This document shows, in pieces, positions 19,494 through 22,885 of a stretch of DNA of 22,885 bases. Under the pieces are notes generated by a model that saw nothing but the letters and a program-made list of their open reading frames with translations, was not told where the DNA came from and ran no database searches. The translations under genes and the position numbers were made by a program. The stretch is from an uncultured virus (IMG/VR IMGVR_UViG_2049941000_000078) (Duplodnaviria > Heunggongvirae > Uroviricota > Caudoviricetes): IMG/VR virus record IMGVR_UViG_2049941000_000078. The stretch is one strand, 5' to 3'. How positions within the stretch are numbered: the first letter of the stretch is position 1; every line of letters begins with the position of its first letter.

Positions 19494-21292
19494 ATGGAAA
19501 AGAGAAACGTAGCCATAGTGCATTACAACACGCCTGAACTGATANNNNNNNNNNNNNNNNNNNNNNNNNNNNNNNNNNNNNNNNNNNNNNNNNNNNNNNN
19601 NNNNNNNNNNNNNNNNNNNNNNNNNNNNNNNNNNNNNNNNNNNNNNNNNNNNNNNNNNNNGACAACACCAAGGGACAAGTGCTCGACATCGAAGCCGAGA
19701 TGCAAAAATACCCAAACCGCTATCGTAATGGAACATATAACGGCTGGGGCAGCGACAAACACATGATGAGCATCCAGAAGTTGTGGGACATTCTGCCTGA
19801 CGGCTTCCTATTGATGGATAGTGATGTGCTAATAAAGCGCAACGTAGACTTCATGTTCCAAGAGGACCAGTGCGTGGTGGGCCACATACAGACAGCCGAA
19901 AAAGCACGAAACCGCATGGGCATCGATCGCCTGGTTCCAATCCTCTGCTATATCAATGTGCCTTTGTGCAGAAAGTGTGGCATCAACTACTTTGATCCTG
20001 AGAGGTCGTGGATGATGCACTCACAGGATGTGAAAGACAGAAGGAACTGCTATGACACTGGTGCGTCGTTCTTAGAGGATGTAAAAAGCCATAAGAACGG
20101 CGCACACGGCAAACGCATCGACATCCGTCCGCTGATGGAACACTACCAGCGCGGATCGTGGGAGAAGAATGACGTTAATGGTCATCTGGCATGGCTGGAG
20201 CAGCACCACAATTTGTGGCGGCTCACCCCAAAGATGCAGGGCATCACTGACGTAGCCATCTGCGCCATCGGTCGCCAGGAGAACCGCTATGCGGCCGAGT
20301 GGGTGGAGCATTACCACAAGATCGGGGCTAAAAAAATATTTATCTACGACAACTACCAGGGCGACGAAGAGCGACTGGCAGATGTGCTGGAGCCGTACAT
20401 TAAAAAAGGCTGGGTGGAGTTGATAGATGTAGGCAACCGTCCTGACATGCAGATGCGCTCATACGACCACTGCTACCGCGAGCATGGATATGAGTATGCG
20501 TGGATAGGATTCTTTGATTTCGACGAGTTGCTGCGTATCAAGAGCGGAGAGAAGTTACCCAAAGCACTGGCCCATTACGACGATGGCGACCAGCTGCTGG
20601 TAAACTGGCGCATTATGACCGACAACGGCCTCACGTTCTACGATCCACGACCGATGGCCGAGAGATTCACCGAGCCTATGACCATCGATGCTCATGTGAA
20701 ATACAACAGACCAGAAAATGAGCATATCAAGTGCTTCGTGCGTGGCGGATTGGAAGACGTGAGATTCACTCCGACCCACAATCCACACTGCGCGGAGTAC
20801 CCAAAGATGAAGTGCATNNNNNNNNNNCGATTCACCGAGCCTATGCCCATCGATGCTCATGTGAAATACAACAGACCAGAAAATGAACATATCAAGTGCT
20901 TTGTGCGTGGCGGATTGGAAGACGTGAGATTTACTCCGACCCACAATCCACACTGCGCGGAGTACCCAAAGATGAAGTGCATCAACCCCAGCGGGAAGGA
21001 GGTGAAGCAATGCGCCTTTGCACCTATTGACCACTCTGTTATGTGGTTGGATCATTACTTCACCAAAACGGCCGAGGAATGGATGAAGGTAAAACTAAGT
21101 CGCGGCTACCATTCACTGGAGAAGCGAAGCGCAGAGATCATCTCGCATCAGGAGGAGCGATTCTTTGCAATCAATGCTCGCACACATGAAAAAGAGGCGA
21201 TACTGCGCGGTGAGGATGTACCAGCACCAACACCAGAAAAGGTTAGTAAACCTAAGACGCGAAAACCACGGAATAGTAAAAAGACGAAATAA
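19494..21292 (+). CDS. Two-domain glycosyltransferase (GT2-like plus GT92/Glyco_tranf_2_4-like)
   Basis: N-terminal VAIVHYNTPEL and LLMDSDVL; second domain VAICAIGRQENRYAAEWVEHY...IFIYDN...WIGFFDFDE; gap 19545-19660 and allelic overlap at 20818-20827. Confidence 0.85.
21246..21281 (+). promoter_or_regulatory. Candidate late promoter GTAAACC-N23-GTAAAA
   Basis: In the 3' end of the glycosyltransferase gene, just upstream of portal ATG 21295. Confidence 0.5.
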
Positions 21293-21294
21293 GT

Positions 21295-22259
21295 ATGGAA
21301 TTATTTGGTAGTAATATTTTTGGATTCCGCCGGCGCGAGGTGAAACCACCAATACCTGGCATTCCTTCTTCGACGGTGGAGAATGATCAGGTGAAAGGTG
21401 GCTCATTCGAGGAGCGCATCGTTCGCGCTCGCGATCCGCAGAAGGCACTCACCGTGTCGGCTGTGTATCGTGCCACGGAACTGAGAGCCAAGACCATCGG
21501 ACAGATGCCTGTGCAATACCAGCGCAAGGATGTGGAGGGTGGCAATTTTACCCCCTGGATGATGGGTCTTGGCAAGCGCATAAACTACTTGCTCCAAGAG
21601 GAACCCAACCCACTGATGAGCGGATCGAGCCTATGGGAACAGGTAACCATTGACCGCATCTTGCGTGGCAATGGCTTTGTGTATATCGAGCGCGACATCT
21701 TCGGTGATCCCGTACACTTGTGGCTGGCTCGTTGCGGTGGCTACAACTACGGCAACGACACCTACAGCGTGACGTATTTTACCAATTACGGTCCCATGAT
21801 GAAGGATGACGTGAAGCCACAGGACGTAATGCACTTCGCCAATACCTTCCGTTATCAGGACTATGCGCTGTGGGGTATACCTACTCTGAAATATGCAGCC
21901 GACACGCTCTCACTAATCAAGACCGAAAACCAGTTGGCACTCGAAACGGCTGCGAAGGGTGGCCGCGTGAAGGGTTTCATATCTGAGGAGAAAATGCCCA
22001 ATACCCAGGGGACGATGGCTGGTGGCCGATTCAACCAGAAAACCGTGAACGAACTGGAGAAAGATTTAAACCGCAAGGTATATGATCAGGACATCACCGC
22101 CTTGCAGAATATGGATAAGTTTACGAACGTCAGCCTCTCGGCCCAGGACATGCAAATGATTGAGCAGTTGAATCTGAGTCTCGACGATGTAGCCCGCTTC
22201 TGGGGTGTTCCCCGTCCTCTGTTGATGCTCGATACCAATTCGCACTACAACGACTATTC
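21295..22259 (+). CDS. Portal protein, HK97 family (3'-truncated at gap)
   Basis: ALTVSAVYRA, LLQEEPNPLM, LRGNGFVYIER, DVMHF, DMQMIE...DVARFWGVP. Confidence 0.93.
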
Positions 22260-22269
22260 NNNNNNNNNN

Positions 22270-22379
22270 TGTCCCTTCGCCAACAGATCGCAATGCTTCA
22301 ACAGCAGCGTGGCCTTGAAAACTACCCATTCAAGATGGGCACCGCAGAGCCTGCAAATCCACCCCAAAAAGACATATAA
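22270..22379 (+). CDS. C-terminal fragment of an unidentified protein (possibly a phage regulator)
   Basis: Frame from 22272: SLRQQIAMLQQQRGLENYPFKMGTAEPANPPQKDI*; function is only a guess. Confidence 0.35.
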
Positions 22380-22383
22380 TTGC

Positions 22384-22644
22384 CAAATGTTTTACAGATG
22401 ATGAATTTCGATTTAATGTTAACCCTTTTATATATGGGCATTCCGGCCACATTGTTTGCGACCCCAAACGGATCACTCAGGGGTCTCAGCGGAAGTGCCG
22501 TAAAACCGCTGGAACCGCCATAAACAGAAGGTTTTCGTTGAATCTTGGGAGAATATGAAAAAGTACAAAACACGACATTTTGAGACAATTTTTGGGCAAA
22601 TGTTTTACCAAGTGTTTTACCAGCCAAGAATAGGTGGTAAAACA
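22384..22644. other. Possible attachment-site region (tRNA-3'-like core with arm-type repeats)
   Basis: CGACCCCAAACGGATCAC at 22459-22476; TGTTTTAC(CA) repeats at 22388, 22601, 22613 and inverted at 22635. Confidence 0.4.
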
Positions 22645-22885
22645 AATCAGGAAGACAAATGTGCCGGAACGCTTATAACCACTACGATTGGCGATGTTTT
22701 GGAGTGTCTAAGATNNNNNNNNNNAAAAATGAAAACTGATGAAAATTACAAATGCAATAATATGGGACCGCAGACATCGCGCAACTGCTGGCGGTGAAGG
22801 ACAATTAGAGATACGTGTCACTTTTGAACGAAAATCCCATTATATTGGAACTGGGATAAAAGTGCGCAAGAATGAGTTTATGGCA

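Larger units (their letters stand above)
1..22885 (+). mobile_element. Temperate siphovirus-like phage/prophage, virion morphogenesis and lysis region
   Basis: Co-oriented portal, head-tail connector, head closure, tail tube, tape measure, tail fibre and lysozyme genes; no housekeeping genes. Confidence 0.95.

Noticed and set aside
20662..20983. Tandem duplication inside the glycosyltransferase
   Set aside because: Near-identical overlap either side of a 10-N gap; allelic bubble
22260..22401. Portal C-terminus as given in the ORF track
   Set aside because: Sequence after the gap is unrelated to portal and reads better in another frame
108..22645. Minus-strand ORFs in the track, CRISPR arrays, intact tRNA or rRNA genes
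   Set aside because: Minus ORFs shadow credible plus-strand genes or span Ns; no repeat-spacer array or full cloverleaf was seen

Overview
Fragmented, N-gapped scaffold of the virion-structure region of a temperate, long-tailed (siphovirus-like) phage. The host is probably a Bacteroidota/Prevotella-type bacterium, inferred from A/T-rich starts lacking a Shine-Dalgarno and a Bacteroidota-type HU-like gene. All credible genes are on the + strand: tail proteins, a peptidase-S74 tail fibre, GH24 lysozyme, an HU-like protein, two HK97-gp10-like paralogs, tape measure, tail tube, head-tail connector, head closure, a double glycosyltransferase and portal. The highlight is a diversity-generating retroelement (DGR): Avd-like gene (16648-16972), template repeat (16996-17086), structured spacer and reverse transcriptase (17264-18400). 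Its variable repeat (13122-13212) differs from the template at 14 of 91 nt, all at template adenines. The target is most likely the C-terminus of a very large repetitive fibre protein placed between the head-tail connector and head-closure genes. Other signals are a G[T/A]AAACC-N23-RTARAA candidate late promoter, a 22-nt repeat shared by two gene starts, and a possible attP. Contigs are partly mis-ordered and include allelic duplicates, so several ORFs in the supplied track are artefactual fusions.
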